Assembly (NCBI GenBank): GCA_003344405.1
Contig: NOWV01000124.1
Span: 124,001 to 188,000 of the forward strand
Reading direction: 5' to 3'
Origin: Trichoplax sp. H2
Taxonomy: Eukaryota
Length of the DNA: 64,000 bases
Below, piece by piece: positions 63,653-64,000 of this stretch. The position numbers were made by a program, and so were the translations under genes. Every line of letters starts with the position of its first letter. Position 1 is the first letter of the stretch. The notes under the pieces were generated by a model. The model made no database searches, was not told where the DNA came from, and was given only the letters and a program-made list of their open reading frames with translations.

Positions 63653-64000
63653 TTAATAATTGTACATCGTTGCGGATACTAGAATGGATCGTCGGCGATA
63701 TTCGGTAGCGGTCTTTCGTGTGATACACTTTTGTAGGTAATACCGAGATTTCTTCTTAATATTATAATCAAATTTCAGATATAAAAATGGATTTATCACG
63801 GAAATACCAACCGTTGTGGAATATGACACAAATGCAAGCACATAATATACCATATTTTCATCTCCCATCTGTCGTAGTGATTTTTTTGTTATGGCTATAG
63901 CTATTCCTGTTGCAAAGTATGGCCATGTTATCAATAAATAAGATGCAGCAGTGGCAATCAAAACTTGATTAAATTTTTTTTTTTTCATGTGCAAATTAAT
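63653..64000 (-). CDS. Rhodopsin-class GPCR, C-terminal part (TM6-TM7 and tail); the 5' part lies outside the window
   Basis: SYLLITWPY (TM6 WxP) and VINPFLY (NPxxY), followed by KFD. Confidence 0.85.
   Translation of the reverse strand: MNLHMKKKKFNQVLIATAASYLLITWPYFATGIAIAITKKSLRQMGDENMVYYVLAFVSYSTTVGISVINPFLYLKFDYNIKKKSRYYLQKCITRKTATEYRRRSILVSATMYNY

Overview
AT-rich eukaryotic DNA with compact, short-intron genes. Gene content and architecture suggest an early-branching animal, probably a placozoan such as Trichoplax (inference). Supported genes: a frameshifted rhodopsin-class GPCR (8.0-8.9 kb, -); the KEOPS subunit Pcc1/LAGE3 with a U12-type first intron (11.1-11.8 kb, +); ribonucleotide reductase large subunit RRM1 (12.9-19.3 kb, -); an ARHGEF17-like RhoGEF (core 26.2-32.6 kb, -; probable far-upstream exons at 37.8 and 48.4 kb); dCMP deaminase (50.6-52.2 kb, +); a BESS-like protein (54.5-55.3 kb, -); a secreted MAM+EGF protein (57.2-59.2 kb, +); and the 3' end of a second GPCR (63.7-64 kb, -). 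From 33 to 54 kb there are many unrelated tandem arrays, a 20-N gap and a TIR element with an internal 78-bp satellite. The most notable unexplained signal is an ~4.7-kb stretch with no credible ORF (19.9-24.6 kb), head-to-head with RRM1. It is dense in stems whose G-U pairs favour the + strand, and has pseudoknots, long-range helices and repeated C-rich linkers, so it is a candidate large structured ncRNA. An RRM1 intron also holds an H/ACA hairpin whose pocket matches U6 snRNA U31. All RNA structures were paired by eye and need computational or transcriptomic confirmation.
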